Shown here: positions 25,016 to 37,935 of the stretch, one piece after another
Layout of the letters: every line of letters starts with the position of its first letter
How positions within the stretch are numbered: position 1 is the first letter of the stretch
Origin: Lingula anatina
Lineage: Eukaryota > Animalia > Brachiopoda
Direction: 5' to 3'
DNA length: 64,000 bases
Assembly: GCA_051362555.1 (NCBI GenBank)
Contig: CM120640.1
Location: 41,456,788-41,520,787 of the forward strand
Made by a program: the position numbers and the translations under genes
Notes under the pieces: generated by a model
What the model was told of the DNA's origin: nothing
The model's input: the letters and a program-made list of their open reading frames with translations, nothing else
The model's database searches: none

Positions 25016-27323
25016 ATGAGAGTCATTCTGCAGTTGTCGGTCTACGCTTTCGTCACAGTGGTGGCTCTAGCGGGGGTGCCGGACCCGAACGTCTGCGTAC
25101 CTCTCCCATATTTACGTAAGTTAAAAGAGCATCATCTGCAAACTTCTGATCAAAGCAATCAATTGAGACTTAATTAGCATGATTTATCACACATAAAGCA
25201 ACCAAAGCCGTAAACAGACCATCCATAACACTCGCGCATGCACACAATCATTTTTTCTTCAAAGTAACTCAATACAAGTTTTCATTCCAGCACAGACCTT
25301 ATAAACATATCCCAAACAGTATACATTTTAAGATGCTCTAGTATTGCTTTTTAAGAAGTTTTATTATAACATTAAACCGAGTTCTGAGACTGCCAATTGA
25401 CAAGAGTGATGCGGTTGACATTTTTTTATAATTTAATATGATTTTAATCACCGTACCTAAAATTGACTGAAATAGGCGATCTTAGTAAATATAACATGAA
25501 CACATCGTTATTTATAGTGGAAGCCCATTCATCGTCTCGTCGTTCTACTTCCATATAGCTCTTGGTCCATTCTTATCATAATACAATATGTAACTTCAAT
25601 GGAGGAGATGTGATAAAAACACTGATTAACCCAAAAGCATTTAATACCTACTCTGGCACATTTAACACCTACTCTGGCATCATTTGTAGCCTCTGCTTTA
25701 TTTGCTTGTGAAATACTTCCAGTGAAACAGGACGTTTGGGGTGGGATGGGGCAGTAAATGAAAAGAAGGTCTACTTATACCATTGCTCACATAGCATCTG
25801 AGGTTTCCCCTTCTTTTGAACTCCGGGAAGCTGAGAAGGAATAACAACTCGAGTTTTGTGTACCGGATAGTTTCGATACACGAGGGGGAAAATAATGGGC
25901 AGGAGATATATGTATTTGTTGTCTGGAAAAGGGGCTGAGGCAGTTGGTTGTGACACATATTTTGCCCTCGCGCCTTAACCTTTAACATTCAGCTGCACTC
26001 CTTCATACCCGTATCTTTTTCTTTATCTAATAATACTTATGTCACAAGCAATACAAGTTACCAGCAAAATATTCAAATATGCAGTTTTTTGAACGGACGA
26101 TTGATTTAGACAAAAAAAAACGCGTTTAAAACCAAACTCCAAGGCAACAAAATGCCCAAATCCCTAAATCTCGGTATTGGCTATTTATATAAGCGTTCAA
26201 CATTTGTTAACGTGAGTGGCAATCGATGCCTTAAATCTTCTATAAAAAAACGCGACCTAGGACCAGTTGGGGAGGGGAGGAGGGCTAAAATAGCTGTGAT
26301 ATAAACATAGAGACGAAAGTTTAGCACAATTTTTAATGTATTGTAGCGAGTTCTCTAACTGGGCCCTGTCCATAGCTCTCTCGAGATTATACTCTATTAA
26401 TATAATATAATATAATATAATATAATATAATATAATATAATATAATATTTAGCTGGAACCATCAATGGCAACAGTAACGGAGCTCCATGCAGTCCATGGT
26501 ACATGTACAAGAGTGTAAACACAACAGGTTGTATCAGCACAAAGGACCATCAGGGACCGTGGTGTGCCACTACGCAGGATTACGACAAAGACAAGAAATG
26601 GGGAAATTGTGCAGGTAATAAAACTTTTCATTTGACCGAGCATACGTAAATATATACAGAGTCAATACTTAGTGAGGAATATTTTTTATCATTGTTATTT
26701 TTGAGTGATGATTAAAAACTTTTGGCTTTATTGATCAGAAAGGTTTGTCATTGAGTGATAAAAATATCCAGTCTTCTATTGTGAGATATTTTGGTTAATA
26801 ATATCAAATAATATCACATCTGACAAAGATGTCATGCAAAATAAAAAACAAACCAGAAAACAATATCAACACTTTTTTGTCAGTATATATTATCTGTTGA
26901 GTATTGAAATTATGTTCTAAAATATTCTGAAGTGTTTTTGTTTCTTCAGCAATATACCGCACGTGGTGTTGGTTGGTTTTGGGGATTTTTTACATGGAAA
27001 TCTAACCTAATATTCCAGCAATTTCAAACTCCGTTGAAAAAATTCTAAAACTGAATGTAATTTTCTGGAGAAAAACAAGTTTTGAAGGATAATATAAAAT
27101 ATAGTCAATGCATTCTACTGATCAAACCTGTTCCAATTTACACCAGGAACTACCGGCGGCAATGGCAACGGAGCCCCTTGTGTATTTCCCTTCAAGTTTC
27201 AAGATGACATGATCAATCAGTGTATTTTCTCCGGACCTCCCCAGCCTGGAGCCTGGTGTTCCACCACCGCGGATTTCGACAAGGATCAGAAGTGGGGATT
27301 GTGTCCTGGTAAAATATCCACCC

Positions 27324-27365
<42 letters not shown>

Positions 27366-30300
27366 AATGCAAAAGTGCATTTTTATTAGCCCAGATGTTT
27401 TGTTATTCTAGATCGTATTTTTGTTTCAGCATTCATACATTTTCACTAATACTTTCTAAGGTAAAGCATTCAAAAAATAATTGCAAGACCACGGCTTACA
27501 AAGTGGCAGTGATTGTCGCATGCAGATCTTCTTATATTTTCAGATGTGGGTCAGAACCTTCCAACCCTCCCTGATAAGTTCCAAGCGAAAATCAACTGGC
27601 AAAACACTTTGACTAAATCTAGTTTGTACCTCGAGGAATATTACGATAAAGTCAACGACTTTGCTTCCATGACAACCATGGGACTTTCAGCCACAGGAAA
27701 GAAAACCACAACTATCACTAGTTTTAAAACAAAAGAAGTATTTAAAGTCTACGAGGACGGTGGGTTGACATTGCATGTACAAGGTGTCCCAAACATGTAC
27801 TCACTTTTTGACTGCCCATTCCTAATTTGTTTTGATTTAGATTTATATTGACATAGATACAATTTTAATAAGCTAAATGAAATAAAATAACATCATCATA
27901 ATAATAATAGAATGTTATGGCATTGAATAAAAAACCTTTTATGTTTTTAAATTAAAAATACATATATTAGCAACGGCAATTAGCAGTCAAGAATAAGTAC
28001 ATTTTTGGGACATCCTGTATATTAGTAAAATTCATCAAAATTTTTTTAGATCCAACTCTTTCAATTTCACAATATTTCCTTAAAAGTTAGCAATTCATTT
28101 CTTTAAAGAAAACTTTGTATTTCATTAAAATCACGAGAGTCATTTGCTAAGAATAAGTTTTTACGTTTTTAATTTCTTGATAAATATTAATGTTTTTGTG
28201 TTGCAGGAGAAATGTGTGTAGTATCTCCTCTGGACCCGACGAACGATGTTGCCTTCCCTTTCAAGGTTTTGAATGGATCAGGTGGGGCACGACTTTTCAT
28301 TTCCCTCCTCCCGGGAAGGAATGAAAGGAAATTTTAAAAAAATCATATACGTAATACAGACTGTTATATAAATTTTGGTTACTTGTTTTTGATATTTGAA
28401 CATGCAGAAACAACAGTTCTGTCCATTAGAAAAACAGCTCCTCTAGAGGTCGGTGTCTTTCAATAAGAGCTGTCTTAGATTAAATATTTTTTTCCAGGAA
28501 ACAACAGTTCCTTTTCTTGGAAAGATGCCAAAATTTGAGCTCTTCAACTTGCTGTAAATTGATTGAAAAAAACTCTAGTTATTAGTAAAAGTAAACTGAT
28601 TTTCTATTCAGATTTCATAATGAGTGCGGGGGATTCTCTTAAATTTGGCAAGGATTACCAAGAGGTTTATTTGGGAAAGGACACAGTGAATGGTGTTGCC
28701 GTTAACCACTGGACAGCGTGCGTATTCCGACCAGAGATGGGGGATGCAACTCTTAATATTGAATACTACTGGTCAGGTAAGTTAACATTAAATTAAGCAA
28801 AAAGAAGCCCTTCTTTCTTAGTTCGTTTGTTTTTGCTAGGATGTGTGCAAATATGTGGAGGAATGCAGAACAGACAATTCATTTTTATTGTGGAATTGCA
28901 TCTGTCAACAAACAAGATTTTATTTAGCACGTCTCTGTGCATGTAATTTTTAATAATATTTCTGTACAAAAAATTCCCTGATAATTCCACGCGCCATGTT
29001 ATGAATATCTCTTTTCTATCTCTCTTTTTAAACACAAGGATGCATGACCTCTTTGGTATCTGATTTTAAAGGGACAGGTTTCATATATCTATAATCATCA
29101 CATGCACTCTCAATTAATTTCTTTTTAGACCCAGATAGTTGGTCTACTGCGTCTGGCATGTCAACGGTCCCCGTTCAAGCCGTCATCACAGGGAAGCGAA
29201 CAGATGCGTTTGGGCAGCCAGCAACGGTTTCTCAAATTTACGACTTTGCCTTTTTCTCCGATGAACTGCCAGACGGTGCCAGTGAAAAGGTGTTCCAGGT
29301 TTGTGTGTTTTATCCAAGTATGAAATAAAAATCTACGTCACAAGTTGTTTGTAAAATAACTTTGTTCAACATCTGGAAATTTTAATAAGCTTTATGTGCA
29401 TTTTTAAGGCTTAAAGAAATAATCCTAATCGGTTCCTCAATAGATGTTTACCACTTTTTGATGCTGCTTACATGAAATATAACAACGTAATGCTAAAATG
29501 CATTTTAGTCATTTATTATGAGCAATAGGATTTTATGAAAAAATAACACAGAACAAACATGCCTTCATGAATATAGTACATACTATAAAGTAATTGACTT
29601 TGGGTGTGGTCACCTCTTGGACTCAAAGCTGGGATAATTGACCGACACCAAAGGTACACATTTACATATTTTTCAGACCCCAAGAGGTTATGTATGCGAC
29701 GGCAGAAAAAACGAAAAGAAACTACCGAAAGTTCCAGACAGATTTTCATTTCGATCAGAGCAAATATCTGAGAGTGCCGGCACTGTACAGAACATTGATG
29801 TATGGGCTTTTTAAAAATTCTCATTTTCTGTCTCATTCTTCAGATGAAAAGCAATTTCACTTTTAAGCAAAACGTATGTCTTCAACAGAAAATAAATTTA
29901 ATAACTTCTCTCTACATCCCCGTCAGCGTCACATTTCTTCTATTTTAAGTCACAAGTACTCTCTTCTGAGAAAGAAGGCAAACGAGGATGGCAGGACATG
30001 AATGATCTATGATATCATTTATATTCCAGGAATGGTATGATTTTAACGCAAAACTTTTCCGCATGGATTTTATACCCCAAGGTCAGCTTATTTATCAGGG
30101 CTTTGGCAATCGACCACTGTCCACGGTGCACGATTTCTATACAGGTAAGTGAACAACCTTCTCACTGTAATATCTGTAATTTAAGATATGATGTGACTTT
30201 GCCTATCCAAGACAGTATTAATTATAATTCTATGTGTGAATTGGTATTAATTCTATGGGAGTTTAACTCCCTCTTTTTGATGTTATTTTATTTCAGACAT

Positions 30301-33300
30301 ATAAACGAATTCAAATCATAGCTTATTACTGGGAATATAAAAATCCTCAAAATATCGGTTTATGTTTTCCTTAGATATTGAAGATATTGGTTTATTTCTT
30401 AGTTTGCTCTCAAATTTGAATTACTAGGCACAGCATATGTGATGGATCGTTACTATGGCAACTGCACCGTGATGCCTATACCTGACGGTGGGGTGGACAC
30501 AGTCAACAACGGCGCTGCGAACTATACACAGATTCGCGATCCCATGCAGTTCTTTGATTTTTCCGGAGAGACTTATTATTATGAAGGGACAGTGAGTCGT
30601 ATCTAAAAATACTATTATAATTTTACTTGTATTTGACCCTTGCCAATATGGAGGCTCAGTAAACAAGTCTAGCTTAAACTTCATAAATAGGAATTGACTG
30701 TTCCTTTTACTAATTCTGTTGGATATTTATTCTTGTGATATTTTTATTTAGGGGTCAGCTCGCCATATTGGAGCCGATATCTATAGTAGTAGGAGAACAG
30801 ACTGGGATGGGATCATGTCAATTTGGGAGTGGTATTTTTCAAAGGTAAGACCTCACTCTCACTTAATCTCATTCTCACGCTTCTGTTTTCATTCAAAGAG
30901 TGGCACATCATGAGGATGTTTGTGAAGAAGAGTGTCTTCTTAATCGAATAAAATTTTTGGTGTAACTAATGGTCCAAACAAACAGACAAACAGGTCTATG
31001 AGAAATAGTTTAATAAAGTAAACCTTACAGGCAAGATATATCAACCTTTTTAGGATGGTTGGACACTTGAGGATGGCTTGAGACCTGAATACAATGAACC
31101 AATTAGACTTGTGGTCAGGATACCGGCGGTAAGGCTTCTTTTCTTATGTCTAAAGATGTGTTATACATGTACTCGTAAACACATATACTATTCAATGATT
31201 TGTAGCCTTCTATTATCTCACCTTGTTTGCATCGTGTGGAATGCGATAATTTCAAGGAAATTGAACTAGAAAAAATAATATGTCCAACAGTGGATGTAAA
31301 ACGCCCGCACGCGCGCACACACACACAGTGATCTCTTGAACAAAAGTATTCAAACGTGCAGGAATATCAATTTATAGACATAAAACGTATTCACGGTGTA
31401 AGAAACGTGTAGTCATGTTTGATTTCTGCAGCCTTGATTTGTTACATTTTTTTAAAAATTCCGTATCAACAGACAATGCCTGGTGGGCAGGACGACGTCA
31501 GCGTACTGAATATTTTTAACTTCGATGACTCCCCTATGGATTACAGCGCTTTTGACGTAAGCCTGTGTTACCGGGACTTGCCACAGAGGACCTTTAGGTT
31601 CGTCATTGTAGGTAAGTTGTTTTATAAATATAAAAAAAACGATACCCATATGTGTTTTCCATACATATGTGGTTTTCCGTAAGCAACCAAAAAGTTAAAG
31701 TCGATGTCCAAAGATCCGAAGTTTTCCGAATTGTCAGATTGCTCATCTAATATATTTAGTGTAAATACATGTAGATTCAACAATAAAAGTAAGATTAGTA
31801 TTTATCTTTGTGTGACAACTATCGAAATAATTTTGTATTTATCTAATGATCTTTCTATTTACATTAAAACAATAAAATTATGTTTTTAGTAATGTTTCAA
31901 GTTAAGTTAGAGTTTTGATTTTAGAAACTTAATTATGTTTTATTATGTTTCAGGCGATAAATCTTACGTAGAGGGTAACTGGTTTGCCTTTAAATATTTG
32001 GTTTTGAATGCCATAGAAGATTTTACAGGTCTGCGACCAATCAGAACTCAAGACGTATCGGTAAGCACGTGATGTCGTCGGCTTCTTTTAAATTCGATTC
32101 TGATATACATAGTTTACATTTAAACGTGCATCAAGCAATTTACTAAGGTTATCTTTCATTGACATTCAAATGAAATGTCACCACTGGATATTGAAATAAC
32201 TGTTACCTAATGTATCCGTCAGTAGGCCTTTACATGGAAACGAATAGGGGCTACTACAACAAGTAGCCTCCCTTCTGTATGTACATTTTATAGGCCCTTT
32301 CACCAAAAACAAATAATGTGTGTGTGTGTGTATTCGCATTGATTATTATAGTTTTACCTGACAAAACGATTGTTTCTTTGCAGGTAGAAATAGACCCCAA
32401 CTCGCATTTGATTTTTTTTACTTTCACCATGCTTGATGTGTCTCCACTGACGGGGATACCAGGAGCAGAATTTGTCCCGCAGACCCCAAACGAAGTGCCA
32501 CTGGACGTGGCAGCCAGCAAGCTTATCGCCACCATCAACTCCAATAATATGAGCATCCTAATGACGAAGGACGATTTCTCAACGGTAGATTTCAGTTCTT
32601 ATTTACATTCGATATTTAATTTACGATTGATCTAACACTTTACATTTTATTTATGCAACCTATTTACCAATTCCAGCACGTTTTTGAAAGGGAGGTATAG
32701 TGTAGATCCGTTTTATTTCCTAGCCAATAGTTTCATTTTAAGTTAAACGCGAAAGTAAGAATATTTTATATGTTCATCAAATGTTAAATTGTAGATAAAT
32801 ACCTTTGGAGAAGAATTTCATCAGCTGTGATATGTTTATAAAAATAAAGTATTTTTTCTTCAACGGCTAATATTGTCAGCTAATATTACCTCTGCTCTTA
32901 GAGACAGTAGGTGTGGGGTGCTCTGAGAGACAACGAATTATTGGAGGTAATATTAGCTGTTGATATAAGAAAAATTAGATATATACCTTATTTTTTCCAC
33001 TAGACCACTATGTTGCAAGCGATGCCGGGGGAAATCTACGAATCGGTCAAGTTTGATAATGGAACCGTGGTTTTCATAAAAGCAGGATCAAGTACTCCTG
33101 TCACCCCTCCATCTGGTCCTAGTAAGTATATCTTATCACAATAAAATGTTTATAGTTTACAAGTTTAATTTCTGCTTGTTTCACTGAGCATCATTGTAGG
33201 CCCTATATAGCCTTGGTTATGAAAAATGAACCCATGTCCAGTAAGGCACAGGGCGTTATTTCGAAAGCGGGGCGTGACCCGGACATGCAATTACACCAAA

Positions 33301-34044
33301 TAAAGTAAAATAAAGTAAAATTGATTACAGGGGTTTGAAAATATTGAACAATTGTCGTTCTGTTAATAAACATTTAATTGATACTTGTCTATTTTTGCAG
33401 GTGCCCAAAAAATTGTAAATGGCGTGAATGCAGGTAAGAAAACCAATACAAAAATTGAATTTACCCATACTTTTTAATTTGTTAAATTTCTAGCTATCGA
33501 TAAAAGGCAATGAAGCTTAGTAATCCAAAAGTGAAAGACCGAAAATTCAACAAAAGGTTCCAATATTGGAATAAGAAAAGAAGTAGGCCTAAATGTGTTT
33601 TGTTTGCAATGCATTCATATATGCAAAATAAAATTCAAAAGAGAAACCTCAGCTCAGTAAATGATGGCAAGTGCCTCCTGTTACGCCCCCACCGGAAGAC
33701 CTTCCCATCCACATAATCTTTGTCACATTGTAAAGCGGTAGATTACATTTCAGTTGCAAAGTTAACATGAGAACAATGTAGGGTTTCCTTCTTTATTTAT
33801 TTATTTAGTTTTTCCCAATGAAGTCAATTCAAACTGTGTTCAAATTTCAGGAGCCGTCGCAGGAATTGGTATCGTGATGTTTCTGGTAGGAGTTGCAGCA
33901 GGTTTTGGAGGGGCATGGTGGTTCTGGAACTATAGGAGACGTACCATGGACATGCAATACAACAGGTCGGAATTCAAGATGGATGCAGTTCCGGAGGACG
34001 CCCAGGTTTTGGACTCTGAGCGTGCGAGAGCACCGTCGTATTAA
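25016..34044 (+). CDS. Type I membrane protein: signal peptide + 2 fibronectin type II domains + LolA/ependymin-like repeats + TM + short cytoplasmic tail
   Basis: Exon 25016-25115 signal peptide MRVILQLSVYAFVTVVALAG; 162-nt phase-1 FN2 exons 26453-26614 (GNSNGAPC..WCATTQDYDKDKKWGNC) and 27147-27308 (GNGNGAPCVFPF..WCSTTADFDKDQKWGLC); LPTLPDKFQAKI..EEYYD and LPKVPDRFSF..EWYDF..VHDFYTGTAYVMDRYYGNCTV repeats; last exon 33851-34044 GAVAGIGIVMFLVGVAAGFGGAWWFWNYRRR...RAPSY*. Internal exon boundaries only partly traced. Confidence 0.8.
26398..26447. repeat. (ATAAT)n pentanucleotide microsatellite abutting the FN2 exon acceptor
   Basis: Direct reading. Confidence 0.9.
27780..28017. mobile_element. 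Tc1/mariner-type MITE in an intron
   Basis: TA|CAAGGTGTCCCAAACATGTACTCACTTTTTGACTGC ... GCAGTCAAGAATAAGTACATTTTTGGGACATCCTG|TA: imperfect ~36-bp TIRs with a TA target duplication. Confidence 0.8.
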
Positions 34045-36334
34045 TGATCTTATTGATGTGACCTTAAGGGATTATTTGGTGACTTTTATTCTTTTTTGGC
34101 ATCCATGTCCAGGTTTAAAGTACCAGTATCGTCTTGTAATATATCCAAGACAAAGCAGCTCAGTACAAATAGTATACAAGTTTTGACTCACATTCTAATC
34201 GATAGACAGCGCATCAGATGCCTTTCCTCTTTCTTCATGTAAGAATATTTGATCTACATCAGCTTCTATTTCAATACAATCCAATTGCATTTGAAATCAA
34301 ATGTTACCGAAACAGGACATATGGTTGTCAAGTGATCATTCTAGTGCTTTAATATAGCACTGTACATTATCATGTTTTAAGCCTGCAATGCGTACAAAAA
34401 TTGTCGTAGCCACTGCATTCGTAAATGTTGCATCAGTGTTTCAATGAAAGTCAAGGGTAACGAAGGCAGCTTGTACCTAAACAATGTGTGTGTTCAGAGT
34501 CAATGTCATATTAAATTATTAGCTTAGTATTTAATTAAAATTGTAACAAGGAACATTAGCTTTAACATAAGTGGCAGTGGTGCCAACCGCATTGACCTTT
34601 TATGTGTTCAGACCGCAACTACGGCAATACGGCGCCTGGTTACATGTAGTTATCTTTATTTCTTATTGATAATTTGCAATATAATGTTCTGATTATCATC
34701 TCGGATATATCTCATAATAGCAAACTGGCTGACAAATGTGTTAGGTAGGACTGAAAGAATATATTTACAGTTCATCTGAGGAGATCTTCGACAGTTTTGT
34801 TTCAGCAGAAATATTTGGAACATTAAAGGCTTATCAACGTCTCCTAACACGAAGGTATATTGAAGGCAGTGTATATTTCGTCATGTAATGTAATGTTATA
34901 AATTGTTAACAGCATTCTTTCTCAACCATCCAAAGTCAGCGATTTGTTATTATTATTTTTTTCCTTCAAAATGTATTAACTTGTTCATTTTATTCTATTG
35001 TTTGTTGTGCATGTTTCTGAAAAAGCATCGAGTTATTGCCTGGGCTTGAAGAATGCGTTCCCATTTTTTTTATCATCGAAACTTTTCGTAACATAATTCG
35101 TGTATCACGTATAATTATATATTTGAACACTATCATAATAACAACAACGTTTTATTTCCGAAAATGAAATGATTTCATTGAATAAATGAAAATGATAACA
35201 TACAATTAGAAAAATCTCATATTGCTGTATTCATAAGATTAATTTAAACTCTTTTCTTTATTCATGATGTTGACATCTGCATTCATTTCCATGTTATATA
35301 TACATGTTTATATGTTGACAAAACGTGACAATGTTTACTATACATTTAAAATGCAATATTTACATGGTTTCTCCCCTGAGATTCTACCATCTTGTTTTGA
35401 TGACGCAATACACAAAACTGATTTACACCTCGCATATATCTATTTACACAAAATACAAGAAATCAAATAAAACATAATATCCTATTCTAAAGACAACAAT
35501 AATAAGATATGTACATTAATAAATTTTGGCTGTGGTGTGGAATTTTTAAAGAGAAAAGAGGCTATCTATTCCTACAGTAGCAGTTACAGCAATACAAATA
35601 CAACTGTCGATCACTGAAACTTTATTCTACTCATCGCCCCCATCTGGGTCCAAGTCCACGACTGAAATATTTTGCTTGATGTTGCACTTTTACATAAAAA
35701 ATCTCAAGATTTAAGTTCGAGCCTTGACCGCCATGTTCAAAATATTCTACTTATCAAACCCTTCTAGATTTTACCAAGAAGTTTTGATATCACATTGAGG
35801 ATCAAAGCGTGCACAGACACGTTGACATATTAGGTGGTATAGTCATAAAACGGGATATATTCTTACACACAGTTACTTCACGCACCATAACTGCGATTTT
35901 CTATTACTCGAAATCTCCCCAAATCATTTACATCTTTAGGTTAGTTGAAAACAAGCTGTGTATCGGGCTGTGTATTCAACCTCTTGGCTTGTGACGCATT
36001 ATAGCACATCCTCATTCCATCATTCTAGCACGCAAATGTCAGTGTACGCTTACCGACAAAAGTGCACGCATCCATCTGGGGCCAGGTTCTAGCCGAACAA
36101 GAGAGCGGAAAATTAAAATTCCAAGCACTTCTTGAGAAAGTAAGTATTGGCTTCTAAGCAGTGCTCATCGGCAGGAATGATGAAACTAATTTTGGCTCTG
36201 AAAGACATAAATCGTTTCTGGTACCATATCTTGGGCTTCAAATTGCCGAGCTGATGCACCATCCGCTGAGTTTCCCGGTGCCAGAAACGAACTACGCCAT
36301 TAATGAAACATATTGGATCAAGACGTTTAAGCCA

Positions 36335-37044
36335 TCAAGCGCTGATAGTTAGTCCATTTTGATGATGTCCATTTTGCTTTTCACAAGCTGGCGATAAAGG
36401 AAAGTCAATTGACTTTACATTATTATGCAGAAAGCCATTGGATGATGGAATGGTGCTGCTGCTGTCCACGTCTTCATTTTTTGATGTTTTGCCGTTAGCA
36501 ACAATGACGTTAATCTCGGATAAGTCTTCGGGACTTGTGCGTATGTCAGATAGTGGGACAGATGGCGTCTCGTCGTTGCTAGTGAAACCGGAATTTATTT
36601 TTCCGTTGCTTATTGGGCTAAGCGGCACAGTACAAGAATCACTTGGTAACGGCTCCGTTGAGGAGTTCTTATGTTTCTTAGGCATTGTCAAATGCACTTT
36701 ACGCCAGAAGCGCTCTTCTTCTTTTTGCCTCCGTTCTTCTTCTTTTCTAGCTTTTTTGTCGTCTATGGCTTCTAGTTCATGTTTGTTTGCTACATCGCTT
36801 GCAAACCCTGGCCATGTTATGTAAGTTATGCTTCTCAAAAGCTCGTTCAGCGTTGGATCAATGTCCTCGATTGATGAAATATCCTTATACATAATTGGTA
36901 TAATTCGTGTCTTATTCCTCAACATTTCCTCTCTGGCTCGGTGGTATTCAAACTTGGTCCACTCGCTATTGCAATAGTCAGGCGAAAGTATCAATATGGT
37001 ACGCCGACTGTTGTCAATAGCGTCTATAATCTGGTCACTGATAT
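36335..37044 (-). CDS. TIR receptor constant exon C3: second half of TIR domain + charged insert + Ser/Pro-rich tail
   Basis: Acceptor TTTTAG (AG at 37046-37045), phase 1: YISDQIIDAIDNSRRTILILSPDYCNSEWTKFEY...RIIPIMY...ITYITWP...ERFWRKV...LTISA*. Confidence 0.92.
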
Positions 37045-37165
37045 CTAAAATAAATAAAAATAAATAAACACTGTTAATCAACTTACATGCGTTATTTAGC
37101 TTTATACGGGCTTCAAGTCCCATGCTAATGCTTTGCTTCACATTTCCATGATACTATTTTCTTTG

Positions 37166-37167
<2 letters not shown>

Positions 37168-37200
<33 letters not shown>
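37168..37200. repeat. (GA)n microsatellite in TIR gene intron
   Basis: Direct reading. Confidence 0.95.
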
Positions 37201-37202
<2 letters not shown>

Positions 37203-37350
37203 TTGGGTGGAATAACTGCAGTGTATGAACTACAAATAGAACAAATAAAAATATTTTTAACCGCCAGCCAGAACTCTACTTCCCCCTTTCTTTATCACAC
37301 AGTGACCAGGGAAGCAATGAATGAAATACAGGAGAGATTCTTAAGCTTAC

Positions 37351-37494
37351 ATTCTCCAGGAATAAAATCCCTGTCATGGAGACACAACTTGAAGTTCATC
37401 TCGTTCTCCAGTCTCAGTGCTAGCGTCCGGTACACGAAGGCTTCGTCTTCTGTTCGACCTTTGAATGAGACGAAGGCGTCGTACTTCTTTTCAT
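37351..37494 (-). CDS. TIR receptor constant exon C2: TIR box 1 and box 2 (not in the ORF track)
   Basis: CTACAG|ATGAAAAG...GGAGAAT|GTAAGC, 144 nt, phase 1-1: DEKKYDAFVSFKGRTEDEAFVYRTLALRLENEMNFKLCLHDRDFIPGE. Confidence 0.93.
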
Positions 37495-37758
37495 CTGTAG
37501 AATACGGAATGGTGGCGTTAAATAAGCATGCTTTTAAAAGGATGGCGTTTGTAGTTAGAGAAATCTATATTACAAAAAGAACTCAGTAACAAAATACCTT
37601 TTGTGCATCTCTGTATCAAATGGTTTGGTTGTTACCTCAATCTGTTGATTAGGACAAGGTCATTTTGGTACACTCATGTTGACATCTAGGTTTTATTCAC
37701 AGCACCAAAATATTTTGCATTGCTAGTCATAAATTAAACCGACTGAAGCAGCACGTAC

Positions 37759-37935
37759 CGTCATCTTCATAAGGCTTCAGATAATACACGATCTTCAAGA
37801 TGAGTATGTTCCTGTGCTTCCACAAGTAGAGCGGCATCACCACCGCTACCACAATTAAGAGGATGAGGAGAAGGATACAGGCAGTCACTATGTACCACAA
37901 CCAGTCTGGAGTAGATTGAACTTGGATCACCGCCG
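37759..37935 (-). CDS. TIR receptor constant exon C1: short stalk + transmembrane helix + juxtamembrane segment
   Basis: TTTGTTTCCAG|CG GCG GTG... phase-1 acceptor; AVIQVQSTPDWLWYIVTACILLLILLIVVAVVMPLYLWKHRNILILKIVYYLKPYEDD; donor G|GTACGT. No signal peptide or ATG upstream of the TM helix. Confidence 0.9.

Noticed and set aside
37045-37141. N-terminal extension MKQSISMGLEARIKLNN... of the 268-aa TIR ORF as a stand-alone cytoplasmic TIR protein
   Set aside because: It is intron sequence ending in a T-rich acceptor; TIR boxes 1 and 2 lie in the upstream exon 37494-37351.
36438-37589. Plus-strand ORFs of 128 and 129 aa, and similar antisense ORFs over the EGF cassettes
   Set aside because: Shadow ORFs of real minus-strand exons with no recognisable motifs.
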